Of a stretch of DNA of 64,000 nucleotides, positions 43,401 to 59,834 are shown one piece after another. The stretch spans positions 30,318,001 through 30,382,000 of the forward strand of contig OZ024756.1 in the NCBI GenBank assembly GCA_964016885.1, written 5' to 3'. Position 1 is the stretch's first letter; each line of letters begins with the position of its first letter. The position numbers and the translations under genes were made by a program. Origin of the DNA: Eledone cirrhosa. Taxonomy: Eukaryota. The notes beneath the pieces were generated by a model. That model was not told the DNA's origin. It was given only the letters and a program-made list of their open reading frames with translations, and made no database searches.

Positions 43401-43695
43401 GGGTGAATGAACTGAAAATGGCCCAGGTGATTGGGTGTTCTCTGTTTATAAGCCTGTAGGTTGAGGAAGAGAGCAAAAGGAAGAAAGGAGCACTTGCACA
43501 ACACGCTCCTCGAGTTGAGGGTTGTTCTATCGACGGGGTATTAAACAACCCATTTGTGGCGCCTCCACCCTATTGGGGATTTCGATTGTTGAAATTGTTT
43601 GTTTTTATATTTTTTACACGACTGTATGTAAAATCCCCGGCATGTCTTTGTATTGTCCCCTTTTCTTGTTGCGCCCTTGTGGCTAATAAAGAAAT
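43399..43695 (+). mobile_element. Family G (Tx1-like) 3' end inside a (TATC)n tract
   Basis: Collinear with 39380-39668; ~20 TATC units upstream, ~6 downstream. Confidence 0.7.
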
Positions 43696-43724
43696 CTATC
43701 TATCTATCTATCTATCTATCGCTC

Positions 43725-43822
<98 letters not shown>

Positions 43823-44083
43823 GTAGCTGTATACATAATTGAATATATTTGAATAATTTAACAAAGATATTGTTAAAATGCCCAACAATTATACCTTAGA
43901 AATTTCAATACAATATATGAACCGTAAAATTATGGATGGTGCTTTATAAAAAAGTTTCCAGATTATAATTTTAAATAATTAATCGTAATTTGTTTTAGAA
44001 ACTTGACAATAAAGGAATTGTCATCAGTTTGGTTGGTGACTGTTATCTTCACGAACAATATTGAAATGAAAATTACTGATGAC

Positions 44084-44188
<105 letters not shown>

Positions 44189-44195
44189 TATATAC

Positions 44196-44258
<63 letters not shown>

Positions 44259-44273
44259 AATATATATATATAA

Positions 44274-44338
<65 letters not shown>

Positions 44339-44445
44339 TACATAAATGTATATAATATGTGTACATACACACCTTTGCACATATACTCACACGCCTCCTC
44401 CTCCAGACACACATACATATATACATACATACATACATACATACA

Positions 44446-44476
<31 letters not shown>

Positions 44477-44483
44477 GTATATG

Positions 44484-44532
<49 letters not shown>

Positions 44533-44625
44533 AGTATATGTTGGTTGTCACCGAAATATATATAGCAGTAATAAACGAAGCCAAATTTTAAACATTTGAC
44601 TTATTTATTTTATTTATATATATAT

Positions 44626-44697
<72 letters not shown>

Positions 44698-44811
44698 AAT
44701 AGGAAAAGCTGGAATGTTTTGGAAAAGATTTCGAATGCAGGAAATTATCAAAGAAAACACAAGCGAGAGATTTAAAGAGGAAGAAGTATATAGATAGATA
44801 GATAGATAGAT

Positions 44812-44888
<77 letters not shown>

Positions 44889-45297
44889 GAGAGACTTAAA
44901 GAGAATGAAAGAGAGGCGTAGGGAGAGAGAAAGAGGTGAGAAGGATAGTGGAAGAAAGTGAAAGATAGAGAGCTTGGTAGTAAAAAGAACGTTGAACGTG
45001 TTCTAAAATCATGCACAAATTATTGCATCTCCGCATTCTTTCACATAACGTTCCTTATGGGAAGTATATCCATAGATTCTGCACATCTATAGCTGTAGCA
45101 CCATTGCCTTTATTCACATCTGCTGCACTCATGTGACACATCGCTGCGACTGATGAACAACATAAAAGGAAATTCGAAAATCAAAGACTTTTAGAAAAAA
45201 AAAAAATATTATATTGTATATATATATTTGTTTATTGCACTTCCTGTACATATCCCAGCGCGTGCAAGCACACACGCAAACAAATATGCACACACAG

Positions 45298-45406
<109 letters not shown>

Positions 45407-45604
45407 TATACATGTATATATATGCACGAACACACACACATGCTTGTATATGTGTATATTTATATATATGTATATATAGATATACATATATATATATATA
45501 TTATATACAAACACACACATACACACACATATATACTGTATATATTTATATATATATATTTATATATATATGTATATATATATATACATTATATATATAT
45601 ACAC

Positions 45605-45638
<34 letters not shown>

Positions 45639-45935
45639 CACACACACGTATATATATATATATAGGTGTGTGTGTTTGTGTGTGTGTGTGTGAGCGTATG
45701 TATGTATTGATTCCCAGTTGAGGCACACATATTTGTGAATAAACTGTTGAATAAATTAGCACACATTTGAATAAAAGACTGCTTTTTCTATTGTTTTATC
45801 GATCCTACACCTTCAGGATATACTACAAATGGGGACTCAGTGGGATTTGAACTCCGAACATAAAACATCATAATTCGATATTTCCTAGCGGTACGGATGT
45901 ATATAGATCGATAAAGTAATAGTACTAAGATCAAT

Positions 45936-46450
45936 AATTGTTTCTACTTTTGTCACAAGGCCAGCAATTACCCAGTGCATTACTGGTACCTTATTTTATC
46001 GACCCCGTAAGGATGAAAGGCAAAGTTAACCTTGGCAGGATTTGAACTCAGAATGGAAAGGGCCGTAACTCTATGCGTCAAAGCATCGCGTCCGACCCTC
46101 TACCGATACTGCCAATCCACCGCCATTATACTAAGACCAATAATGTTGTGGGGTTGTTATCTAAAGTCTGTCTTAAGCCAGGGGGTAAGTTAGGCCAGTG
46201 ATTATCCCGGTTTCATGGCGTGAAGTGACTGAGAGTACAAGACTCCGCACCTGGACAGGACGCCTCTCCGTCGCAGGGTTAACCCCCCCCCCATTTATTA
46301 CTGGTGCTCAGGCTCAGCTGAATATACTGGAGCAACGGGAAATGAAGTGTTTTGCTCAAGAACACAACACACAGCCTAGCCCAGGAATCAAACCCCCGAC
46401 ATTATGATCGTAAGTCCAACGCCCTTACCACTAGGTCATGCGCCTCCACA
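45936..46450 (-). mobile_element. SINE family 1 (45936-46124) and SINE family 2 (46161-46450)
   Basis: Motif matches, both full length. Confidence 0.8.
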
Positions 46451-46849
46451 AGTTGTTATAAGAGATTAAAATTCTTGAAGATATTACAAAGCATTTACAT
46501 ACGTCCAATAAGAGAAACTAGTAATTGAATATATGTTTAAAAATTCTATTGTTAGAACTGTTGAGCGACGATAGGAAGTTTCTGAAATTGAAGTTAGAAA
46601 TATCAACGTTGTTTGACTATAACAAATAGCTTTATACGTTGGATATATAAAACCTACCGTTTCGCCGTGTTACTCATTATTCTAAAGCATCTCCAACGAT
46701 GTTTCCTGTTATTTTATGCCTTATTAATCCTGAATACACACATGTGTAATCAATATAGTTTTAGAACCGTTGAATGAAAGGAAGTTTTTGGACTTGAAAG
46801 TTAGAAGCATCCATGTTGTTTGACTAATCGAATATATGTGTGAATATTT

Positions 46850-47133
46850 TTAACACATAAATACATGAACACTAGTGTTGATATTTTAATACATAAATAC
46901 TTACATACATGAACACATGTGTGGATATTTTGACACATAAATACTTACATACATGAACACATGTGTGGATATTTTGACACATAAATACTTAAATGCATGA
47001 ACACATGTGTGGATATTTTGACACATAAATACTTAAATACATGAACACATGCGTGTATATTTTAACACATAAATACACGAATACATGTGTCGATATTTTA
47101 ACACATAGATACATGAATACATGAACACATGTG
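46850..47133. repeat. ~36-44-bp minisatellite, ~7 units
   Basis: acacataaatacttacatacatgaacacatgtgtggatattttg repeated. Confidence 0.85.
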
Positions 47134-47493
47134 GACGTAACATAGTGAAATGGTTAAGAAGTTCGTTTCGGAATCATTAGATTCCGCGTTCTATTCTGTT
47201 GCGAGGCATTCTAGCAAAGTGTCATTTGCAATAACCTAGGATTAACCAACACATTTTGATTTAAATGAAGAAGTCGGAAACTATTTCGAAACATGTCAGG
47301 TGGACGGACAGTAGCTGTAATTCAAAAGGCCAGGATGCTTACACCTACTATTTCACGCTGAATCTCCCTGATAATTGCATTAACAGTGCAAGAGTTTATG
47401 GAATGGCCAATGACTGAGGCGTTAATTCCATCAGCAGTTTGCACCGTTCATTGAACAATTAGAATATTCCTCGTCGAAAGCGACGCAGATGCA

Positions 47494-48218
<725 letters not shown>

Positions 48219-48558
48219 TATATATACACTCATACTGATAACTGCATCCAAGGCATTGCCACACGCGTTGGTTGATATTTAAATTAAGATATTTATATAA
48301 AAGTTTCCTTACATAATCATGTACATGTCATATGCACAAGAAATCAAGCGCACATAATTCGAGAATTATTTCAGCATTTTTACATTCGTTAATGTTATCG
48401 TGGTATTCAAACCAGAAAATTGTATAAGAAGCATTGCTTGATAAACATATTACAGAGCAAGTAGGAAATTATTTGTTGTAATATGTAAATGAAGAAAAAT
48501 AGTAGAAACTTCAATTCAATTTTGCAATAACTCATTATACCTCATATATACATCATCA

Positions 48559-48636
<78 letters not shown>

Positions 48637-48919
48637 TGGTGATGTGTATATATTATATACACATACACATGGGTTGTCACTTTGGTAAAAAAAAGAGGAC
48701 TAATGAGGAGAAAGCTCTCTATATTCGTATCGTACTATATAGTTACCATGGAGATTCAGTATATGAATACGACTAAGAAAGACACTGTAAAAAGTACCTT
48801 TCTTAATGTTATTCTGATATATATATATATATATTCAACCCAGGACATTATAGTCGTAAGTTCAACGCCCTTACCACTAGGCCATGTGCCTTCATGTACA
48901 ATGTACACACACACACTCA

Positions 48920-49066
<147 letters not shown>

Positions 49067-49091
49067 TATATGCGATATATATATATATATA

Positions 49092-49246
49092 ATACATTTG
49101 AAGACTAAAATCCTAAGAGGGCTCGATAAGGATAAATATATATCAAATACATAAGAACCGTAGAGCAAATATTTATTTCAGAAGATCTCGTTAAGGGTGA
49201 AAGCAGCGATTCTTTGCTTAAACTTTAATCTGTTATTTTAATAAAT

Positions 49247-49248
<2 letters not shown>
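49092..49248. mobile_element. Family C element: antisense tail joined to a sense hammerhead-like arm (49175-49224)
   Basis: ttt-CAGAAGA-tctc gttaa gggt-GAA-AGCA gcgattctt TGCT-T-aaa; (TA)n flanks. Confidence 0.7.
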
Positions 49249-49332
<84 letters not shown>

Positions 49333-49333
<1 letters not shown>

Positions 49334-49578
49334 ATTATAATGTCGTGGGTTGAATTCCTGAGTTGCGTGTTATGTTCTTGAGCAGAACGCTTTATTTCAA
49401 GTTCATCCAGGATACTCAGCTGAGAATGAGTACCAGCAATAACTGGGGGTTTAACCCTGCGATGGACTGGCGTCCTGTCCAGGGGAGGGGGGGGGGTTCT
49501 TGTACTCTCAGTCACTTCACACAATGAAACAGTGTCAAGCAATGGCCAAATGGGCCTTCTGGCTTAAGATAGACTTTA
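49333..49578 (+). mobile_element. SINE family 2, 5'-truncated
   Basis: Reverse complement of 46161-46410. Confidence 0.8.
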
Positions 49579-50023
49579 CTCTTGTTTTAGTGTCTATTGT
49601 ATGCATCTTATGTATGTATGTACACCACCACCACCACCACTACAATACAACCACCATCATCACTACCACCAACACAAATTCAAGTAACGACGACAAATTT
49701 ACATTATATATTTTTCTACTTATGATAATTATATTCAACATTAAATTTTCAGAAATAATTTATTCCTTATAATGAATCTTGCTTCTTCTATTTTTGTTTT
49801 CAAACCACTAAAAATAACAATTACTTAATAAACAATAAAATATATTTTCTTTATATTTTTTTTTAGAATCAATTCAAAATCAAATGTACTTTCGATTAGA
49901 TGGCTTCTACTGTTTATTTGAAATAATTTAACATCTTTATATTTTGTTGTACTTTAAGATGAGTTTTCAGTCAATGTAATTAATACTTTTTATCACATTA
50001 CGGTATTTGTTAGGGCTCCTTAG

Positions 50024-51156
50024 GTTCTAAGTTCAAATGGTACTAGTGTCAAATTTATCTGTTTTTCGGGGATCGATAAAATAAAGTACCAGTCGAGTAC
50101 GAGGGTCGATATATTTGAATTTCCTCAATCCTATATTACTGGTATTGTGCCGAAATTAGTAACAAATACTTTTGTGTTCTTGTCCTCAGGGTGCAGCCCC
50201 AACACCACCACGCCATAGGCCTAGAGCCCATCACATTCCTCCTTCCCCCTTCCGTTCTTCAGTGACCCAAGAGCTCTTGCTCTCTCCCTTCCGTTCTTCT
50301 GTGACCCAAGAGCCCTTGCTCCCCCCTTCCGTTCTTCTGTGACCCAAGAGCCCTTGCCCTCTCCCTTCCGTTCTTCTGTGACCCAAGAGCCTTTGCTCTC
50401 TCCCTTCCGTTCTTCTGTGACCCAAGAGCCCTTGCCCTCTCCCTTCCGTTCTTCTGTGACCCAAGAGCCTTTACTCTCTCCCTTCCGTTCTTCTGTGACC
50501 CAAGAGCCCTTGCCCTCCCCATTCCGTTCTTCTATGACCCTAGAGCCCTTGCGCTGCCCCTCCCCTTATCATTTGACCCTAGAGATCTTGTCCTCCCACT
50601 CACATTCTTCTGTGACCCCACAACCCTTGCCCGTCCTTTCATTTTCCCGTTTTTAAATATCTGTAGTGTTGTTGATATTTAAAATCAATTCCTTCTTTAT
50701 TACTTGGTGTCATTTCGTTTTTATCTTTGGAGATAAAAAAAGCAATAACTCCACTTCCCACCGAAAAACTTAATAATATCATGTATCAGTTTGTTGGACT
50801 TTAATCACGTATCATTAAGTTCTGAGTTCAAATCACACTGACGCCAAATTTGCTCCATTTGGGGAATCGATAAAATAGAATAGCAGTCGAGTACGGGGAT
50901 CGAAGTATCCAAATTTTCCTCAAACGTATATTACTGGTATTGCACCGAAATTAGAAACTATTAATAACATTTATCAGCTTTTGGTATTTAATCACGGATC
51001 TTTACATTCAGAGTTCAAATCCCACCGGGGACATATTTACTATTCTTTCTTCTCTGGATCGATCAAAATCAAAATCAAACAAGTACTATGATATATTTAA
51101 TTGATCACCTCACCTCCTCTTTGTGAAATCGTTGGCTTTGTGTCGATGTTAGAAAC
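50024..51156 (+). mobile_element. Three degenerate SINE family 1-like copies (50024-50165, 50820-50960, 51008-51156)
   Basis: gttcaaat...tcgataaaata...tgtgccgaaattag motifs. Confidence 0.6.
50240..50630. repeat. 39-bp minisatellite, ~9 units
   Basis: tcccttccgttcttctgtgacccaagagcccttgccctc repeated. Confidence 0.9.
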
Positions 51157-51245
51157 TTTTATTAAGTTATTGGTACACGTGACAGGTTGGATATAGGTCA
51201 ACTTTTCTTTATCTCACGTCTAAATATTGCACTTATATTGCTTCA

Positions 51246-51333
<88 letters not shown>

Positions 51334-51369
51334 GTATATATATAGAGAGATAGATAGATAGATAGATAG

Positions 51370-51419
<50 letters not shown>

Positions 51420-51992
51420 ATTTGTATGTGTGTGTGTTTTGTGTATGTCTCTATGTGGTGGCTTTTAGACGTGTGCTATCATACTATCATACGTACGAAA
51501 TACTCTGATACACTCGAACTGTTTTCAAGTGAACACCAAACCATTGTTGAAACCCCACCAAAACCACATCACACCACACTATACCACACTACACCGCACC
51601 ACACTACACCACACCGCACCACACTACACCAACACCTCACCGAACCACCAAATCACATTAGATCCTCCAAAAACAAACCAGCCAGCAAACCAACCATGCA
51701 ACCATCCAACCATCCAACTTGGCTATCCAATCTTAATGATAAACATGCTATGATATTAGAAGAAATTCTCTGGAGAGAAGAATTCATGAGTTGTCGAAGA
51801 CATAAATACCAATATATGACAAAGAAGATGATAAAGGAGAAGGAGAAGGAGTTGGAGAGGAGAAGGGAGAGGGAGATGGAGAGGATGGAGGAGGGGGTGG
51901 GGTGGGGAGAAGGAACATTAGTAGAAATATAACTGACTTAACAAATGATAGCTGAGAACCTAACCTAGAATCGGCAGCTGAATAATTATGTA

Positions 51993-52037
<45 letters not shown>

Positions 52038-52049
52038 AATGCACATACT

Positions 52050-52139
<90 letters not shown>

Positions 52140-52159
52140 TATATGTACATATATGCATA

Positions 52160-52253
<94 letters not shown>

Positions 52254-52525
52254 TATCTGCATATATGTATATGTATGTGTTTGTGTGTAAGTGCGTATGT
52301 GTGTATGAGGATGCGTGCCTTTATGTTTAACTCGTTCAAAACATCAATCTGTTATTTAAATCTATATGTTTGTGAATATTTCATTATATATTATATAGTA
52401 TGGAATTGGCAGAGTCATTAGAACATCAATAAAGATGGTCTAAAAATATTTCCTTTTGATTCCTTATGCTCTGTGTTCAAAACTCAATCATGATTAAAAT
52501 TGTCATTCTATCGTTTGAGCAAGTC

Positions 52526-52688
52526 CACTGCCGGATTAAAGACAAATGAGGCTCTGTGCTAGTTACGTTATAAGGCCCCTTACTTGGGCCCTGTAAGAGA
52601 TAATTTTTTTTTTGCAGGAAGATAGGCCACCTTACAACGGGGCCCTGTGCTTTAAGCACATCCAAGCACAATTATAAATCCGGCACTG
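52526..52688. mobile_element. hAT-type MITE (163 bp) nested in a SINE
   Basis: TIRs cactgccggatt / aatccggcactg (1 mismatch); 8-bp TSD agcaagtc / agcaggtc; removing it restores SINE motif tgagcaagtcacttactttacgttgttccag. Confidence 0.8.
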
Positions 52689-53033
52689 AGCAGGTCACTT
52701 ACTTTACGTTGTTCCAGTTTATTCAGCTTGGAAAATTGAGTTGCGATGTCACTGGTTCCAAACTGTATCAACATTGGCCCTTCTCTTTCCCTTGGACAAC
52801 ATCAGTGGCGTTGAGAAGAGGGACAACTATGCATGCGCGACTGCTGGTTTTCCTCAAAACACTTTGTCCTTGTCCGTGCCTTGGAGTGGGAAATTTTCGA
52901 GATGAAAATCTCATGTGACAGAAGTGTGGTCTTTACAGTCTATGTATCGCATAGAATCACATTATACTGCACTTCATACATAGCTTTTAGTGTATATACA
53001 GCATAGAGGGCGCGTGTGTTTGTGTGTTTGAGA

Positions 53034-53112
<79 letters not shown>

Positions 53113-53239
53113 TGTGCTCGTGTGAGGTAAGCACATAGTTTTACACTTTACGGTTTGGTAGATAGAATTATGTTGATATCTAAAAAGGGTGAAATTTCGT
53201 ACATTAGTGAACAAAAATATCTGTATGTTGATACATGTA

Positions 53240-53332
<93 letters not shown>

Positions 53333-53575
53333 ACTAGAGATTGATTAACATATAAATAAACATGAATAATCACAGGAGATAATTTTTACCAGTGTATAAC
53401 CACACATAGCTAGGTAGGTAACTAAATAAAGTTAACCAGAACTTCAAAAATAGATACCTTATAATATGATTAATCTTCCCTGTATATATTCCAATAATGT
53501 GATATGGCGCATGTCTTTCTGACATGACACCCATAATTTTGATTTAGATTAAATTCATTTGGTTTATCTTAATTT

Positions 53576-53632
<57 letters not shown>

Positions 53633-53639
53633 ATAGGTG

Positions 53640-53671
<32 letters not shown>

Positions 53672-53773
53672 ATTTGTATTCCAATGTTACTAAGTAGTTG
53701 CATTGGATGGAAATCATCAGGAATCTCAGATGATTTCTAAGGAATGAAACAGTTCTGGTCCTGTAGAATCTCA

Positions 53774-53824
<51 letters not shown>

Positions 53825-53918
53825 GTGTATATATATATATAGATATATATATGTATGTATGCATGTGTATATATATATATGTATGTATGCATGTGTATAT
53901 ATATATATGTATGTATGC

Positions 53919-53950
<32 letters not shown>

Positions 53951-54504
53951 TGCACAGACCTAGGTGTGTGTTGATATATAAAAAAGGTGCAATTCGTAGT
54001 ACATTAGTGTAGATTTATATCTGTATATGTTGCACAGACTTTAGGTGTATATATAAGCGTGTATATATATGTATGAATGAGTATAAGCAGGTATGTATAG
54101 ATATATATCTAAAAATGTTGAGAGGGAGAAAGAGAGAGAGAGGGAGGGAGAAGGAGTGAGAGAAAGAGAGAGAGGGAGGGAGAAGGAGTGAAAGAAAGAG
54201 AGAGAGTGTGAGAGAGAGACGCACAGAGGCACACACACATGTATGTATATGGAGAAAGAGAAAGAGAAAGAGAGAGAGAGAGAGAGAGAGATGACGTATG
54301 CGCATGTGTATATGTGTGTGTGTTTATGTGTTTAATCGTAAGAGATGTTCGTGTGAGTGAGTATGTGTTTGCGTATATCTGTTTTTGTATGCGTGTGTGC
54401 CTATATGTATATGAGTGTGTATATGCACACTCATATACATATCAACACACTCACACCGACATATACACTCACACACTTATACACACTTGCACACACTTAC
54501 ACAC

Positions 54505-54548
<44 letters not shown>

Positions 54549-54647
54549 ACACACACGCACACGCATACATACTCATCGCCACACATACATGCTTACAAAT
54601 ACATACTCTGACACTCACACATTCACCACACATACACACCTTCACAC

Positions 54648-54695
<48 letters not shown>

Positions 54696-55341
54696 CCTCT
54701 CTCTCTCTCTCTCACACACACACGCACGCACACACACACACTCACGCATACATACTCATCGTCACACATGCATACACATACATACATAGTCTGATACTCA
54801 CACAATCACCATACACGCACCTTCACGCATACTAACTCACACAAACACACATACACACATTCACCTCATATTCACCGTACACACAGACTAACACACACAC
54901 ACACACATATACACACATTCACCGCACGCACACACCAACACACACACACATACACACATTCACCGTACGCACACACTAACACACACACACATACACACAT
55001 TCACCGCACGCACACACCAACACACACACACATACACACATTCACCGCACGCACACACCAACACACACACACATACACACATTCACCGTACACACTAACA
55101 CACACACTCATATCTTATCTCTCTACATGTATATACATTAAATGTAAGATTGATTTGAGTAAGGAATAAAAAAGATAAATATGATTTGGTTTTCATGAGT
55201 CAGCTACTTTGTAAACATGTGTGTGTATGTGTGAGGGTGTATGTGTGAGTACATGCATGTGTGTGTATGTGTGAGTATATGTGTGTGTGTTTGTATGTGC
55301 ATATATATATTTACGTGTATATGTAAATCTCTCTCTCTCTC

Positions 55342-55403
<62 letters not shown>

Positions 55404-55473
55404 AAACAAGTTGACTGCTAAGACTGGAATTAAACCATCAGTACAGTTGAGGTATGTCATACATCAATTTATC

Positions 55474-55539
55474 TATTTTATCTGACGAGGACGTACTGAG
55501 GAAACAGCACAGTACCTCCGAAATATATATAATAAAATA
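55474..55539 (+). ncRNA. Type-I hammerhead ribozyme
   Basis: tattttat-CTGACGA-ggacgtactg aggaaacagca cagtacctcc-GAA-ATATATAT-A-ataaaata; perfect 8-bp stem I, 9/10-bp stem II, palindromic stem III, AUA site; inside a ~190-bp island between (TA)n tracts. Confidence 0.8.
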
Positions 55540-55694
55540 TATTTGATTACATGAATGTCTATATTTATTAATATTTTGAATTAATTTATATATATATATA
55601 TAGATGTGTATATTTATGTATGTACGAATATATAAATATATATATATATTTAACGAGAGAGAGGGAGAGAGAGAGAGAGAGAGAGAGGGGGGGA

Positions 55695-55741
<47 letters not shown>

Positions 55742-55940
55742 GAGAGAGAGAGAGACAGTGATTGTAGAGAAAGTACAAATTTCTACAAATTTCATAATTG
55801 ACGACCCAATACATATATATATATACACACACACACACACACGCATATATATATAATGTCATACATATACACCTAAGTAGAGCCATTACGCACATACTCT
55901 TGCATATATACCTAATGTCATATATATACACTTCTTATAA

Positions 55941-56004
<64 letters not shown>

Positions 56005-56304
56005 CCGCACTCACTCTCACTCTGCCCACACACACACGCCAATAAAGCCATACACATAGTTGCATATACAAACACATTCTCCATTTTATTGACCCCCGGA
56101 GGGATTTAGAGCAAAGTTGAGCTCGGTAGCATTTGAACTCAGAAACCCGAAGGACTTCATGAAATTTACATAATACGTGACGAAAAACATGCATTACAAT
56201 ATGTAAACTTAATGACTAATTCCGTTTTTGTTTTTAAATCAATGGAGACAAACACATTTATCCCTCCCGCTCCGCTTATTCCACCTGTCCTCCACTTATT
56301 CCAC

Positions 56305-57757
56305 CTCTCCCGCTTATTCTACCAACTCTCCCGCTTATTCTACCAACTCTCCCGCTTATTCTACCAACTCTCCAGCTTATTCTACCAACTCTCCCGCTTA
56401 TTCTACCAACTCTCGAGCTTATTCTACCAACTCTCCCGCTTATTCTACCAACTCTCCAGCTTATTCTACCAACTCTCCCGCTTATTCTACCAACTCTCCA
56501 GCTTATTCTACCAACTCTCCCGCTTATTCTACCAACTCTCCCGCTTATTCTACCAACTCTCCCGTTTATTCTACCAACTCTCCCGCCTATTCGATCAACT
56601 CTCCAGCTTATTCTACCAACTCTCCCGCCTATTCTATCAACTCTCCCGCTTATTCTACCAACTCTCCCGCCTATTCTACCAACTCTCCCGCCTATTCTAC
56701 CAACTCTCCAGCTTATTCTATCAACTCTCCCGCTTATTCTACCAACTCTCCAGCTTATTCTACCAACTCTCCCGCCTATTCTACCAACTCTCCAGCTTAT
56801 TCTATCAACTCTCCCGCCTATTCTACCAACTCTCCCGCTTATTCTACCAACTCTCCCGCTTATCCTACCAACTCTCCCGCTTATTCTACCAACTCTCCCG
56901 CCTATTCTATCAACTCTCCCGCTTATTCTACCAACTCTCCCACCTATTCTATCAACTCTCCCGCTTATTCTACCAACTCTCCCGCTTATTCTACCAACTC
57001 TCCCGCCTATTCTACCAACTCTCCAGCTTATTCTACCAACTCTCCCGCCTATTCTATCAACTCTCCCGCTTATTCTACCAATTCTCCCGCCTATTCTACC
57101 AACTCTCCCGCTTATTCTACCAACTCTCCCGCTTATCCTACCAACTCTCCCGCTTATTCTACCAACTCTCCAGCTTATTCTACCAACTCTCCCGCTTATT
57201 CTACCAACTCTCCAGCTTATTCTACCAACTCTCCCGCTTATTCTACCAACTCTCCAGCTTATTCTACCAACTCTCCCGCTTATTCTACCAACTCTCCAGC
57301 TTATTCTACCAACTCTCCCGCTTATTCTACCAACTCTCCCGCTTATTCTACCAACTCTCCCGCTTATTCTACCAACTCTCCCGCCTATTCTACCAACTCT
57401 CCCACCTATTCTACCAACTCTCCAGCTTATTCTATCAACTCTCCCGCCTATTCTACCAACTCTCCCGCCTATTCTACCAACTCTCCAGCTTATTCTATCA
57501 ACTCTCCCGCCTATTCTACCAACTCTCCCGCTTATTCTACCAACTCTCCCGCTTATTCTACCAACTCTCCCGCTTATTCTACCAACTCTCCCGCCTATTC
57601 TATCAACTCTCCCGCTTATTCTACCAACTCTCCCACCTATTCTATCAACTCTCCCGCTTATTCTACCAACTCTCCCGCTTATTCTACCAACTCTCCCGCC
57701 TATTCTACCAACTCTCCCGCCTATTCTACCAACTCTTCCTACTATTCTACCAACTCT
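56305..57757 (+). repeat. 21-bp minisatellite, ~69 units (reads YSTNSPA in one frame)
   Basis: Unit ttattctaccaactctcccgc; no stop codon in any plus frame or in one minus frame. Confidence 0.95.
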
Positions 57758-58340
57758 CTCGATTATTCCACCCACATCCACTTATTCCACCCTCCTCTTA
57801 TTCCCCCCCCCATATTTTCCACCCACCCTCCACTTATTCCACCCACACTCCACTTATTCCACCCACCCTCCACTTATTCCACTCACCTTCCACTTATTCC
57901 ACCTACTCTCCACTTATTTCACCCGCATTCCTTTTTACCACTCACCCTCCACTTACTCCACCCACCTTCCACTTATTTCACCCATACTCCACGTGTTCCA
58001 CCCACCCTCCACTTATTCCGCCCACCCTCCATTTATTCCACTCACCCTCCACTTCTTCCACCCACCCTCCACTTATTCCACCCACCCTCCACTTATTCCA
58101 CCCACCCTCCACTTATTCCACCCACCCGCCGATTATTCCACCCACCCTCCACTTATTCCACCCACCCTCCACTCATTCCACCCAGCCTCCACTCATTCCA
58201 CCCACCCTCCACTTATTCCACCTACCCTCCACTTATTACACCCACCCACCCCCCACTTATTCCACCCACTCTCTACTTACTCCGCCCACCCTCCACTTAT
58301 TCCACCCACCCTCCGCTTATTCCACCCCTCCACTTATTCT
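57758..58340 (+). repeat. Degenerate 20-bp minisatellite related to the 21-mer
   Basis: Unit ccacttattccacccaccct. Confidence 0.85.
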
Positions 58341-58561
58341 AGCCTCACCTATTATTTGGGACCCGAGAACACACACATAAACATATACACACACATACTG
58401 GTAGGGACACACGCCTACGCAATTTTGCACATACATACACACACATACATACTAAGACGCTCACATACTTGTATACAGGACATACACAACTATACACTAC
58501 TTACACACAAATGCTCATACACATACACTTGAATGCATACACATACACACAATACACTTAC

Positions 58562-58648
<87 letters not shown>

Positions 58649-59049
58649 CGTATACTCACGCACTCACGTACACTACACATAAACACCCACGCAAGCACGT
58701 ATATGTATGTATTCATACTTACAGACGGATATACAAACATAAACATATTCACTATACATATACACCTACGCAGATAATACACGTACATACATATATGCTC
58801 ACTTACACATATACACGTATACATACATATACACACATATACACATACATACATACATATGTATTTCAACAATACACATTCGTTCTCAGATGCACACAGT
58901 TGTACACACACACATACTTACGCATACTCATATACATACATATATACATTATATATACATACGCACTTCAAAAATACACATTCGTTCACAGATGCACACA
59001 TTTGTACACACACACATGCACACACATACACATATACACACTTATACAC

Positions 59050-59090
<41 letters not shown>

Positions 59091-59164
59091 TTCAAAAATA
59101 CACATTCGTTAACAGATGGACACATACATGCACACACACATACACGTATACACACATATACACA

Positions 59165-59200
<36 letters not shown>

Positions 59201-59560
59201 TTCAAAAATACACATTCGTTCACAGATGGACACAATTGTATACACACACACATGCACACACACATACACGTATACACACATATACACATTATATATACAA
59301 ACGTATTTCATTTATACACACTCGTTTACATATCCACACAATTGCACACTTACATACACACACACACACGCACACACACACACACTCAAATTTCCACCCC
59401 CACACAAAATCGCAAGTGCATACATATTATTACACATTCATTCTTACATATATACACACTAACAACATCTCACATATATACACACACGTGACTGTTGTCA
59501 TAACAACGGAATTATCACATCATTTGGGGCGTTTTTCGTTTCTGTCTTTTTGTAAACGAA

Positions 59561-59604
<44 letters not shown>

Positions 59605-59834
59605 ACAACAACATCAGCAGCACCAGTAATTATTACAACAACAGCAGCATTGAATGTGAGACACCGTGTGGTTGCTTGATCTGCTAGAAACAGCAGTTAA
59701 GTCACATGTAAGCACTCACGCTAGCGTCTTGTTTAAATGGTACACTGTGCAAGGAATGTAGTGTTAGGTATAACATAATAGACACGGGGGAAACGTTTGG
59801 TACGTCTTAGATCAGAGTTGAGCTGGGACTCAAG

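Noticed and set aside
45150-45180. CTGATGA...GAAA motif
   Set aside because: No stem II or stem III can be formed.
56228-58342. Annotation as RPB1 (POLR2A) CTD exon
   Set aside because: Heptad lacks P3/T4, no adjoining RPB1 sequence, and continuous with a 20-bp non-triplet repeat.
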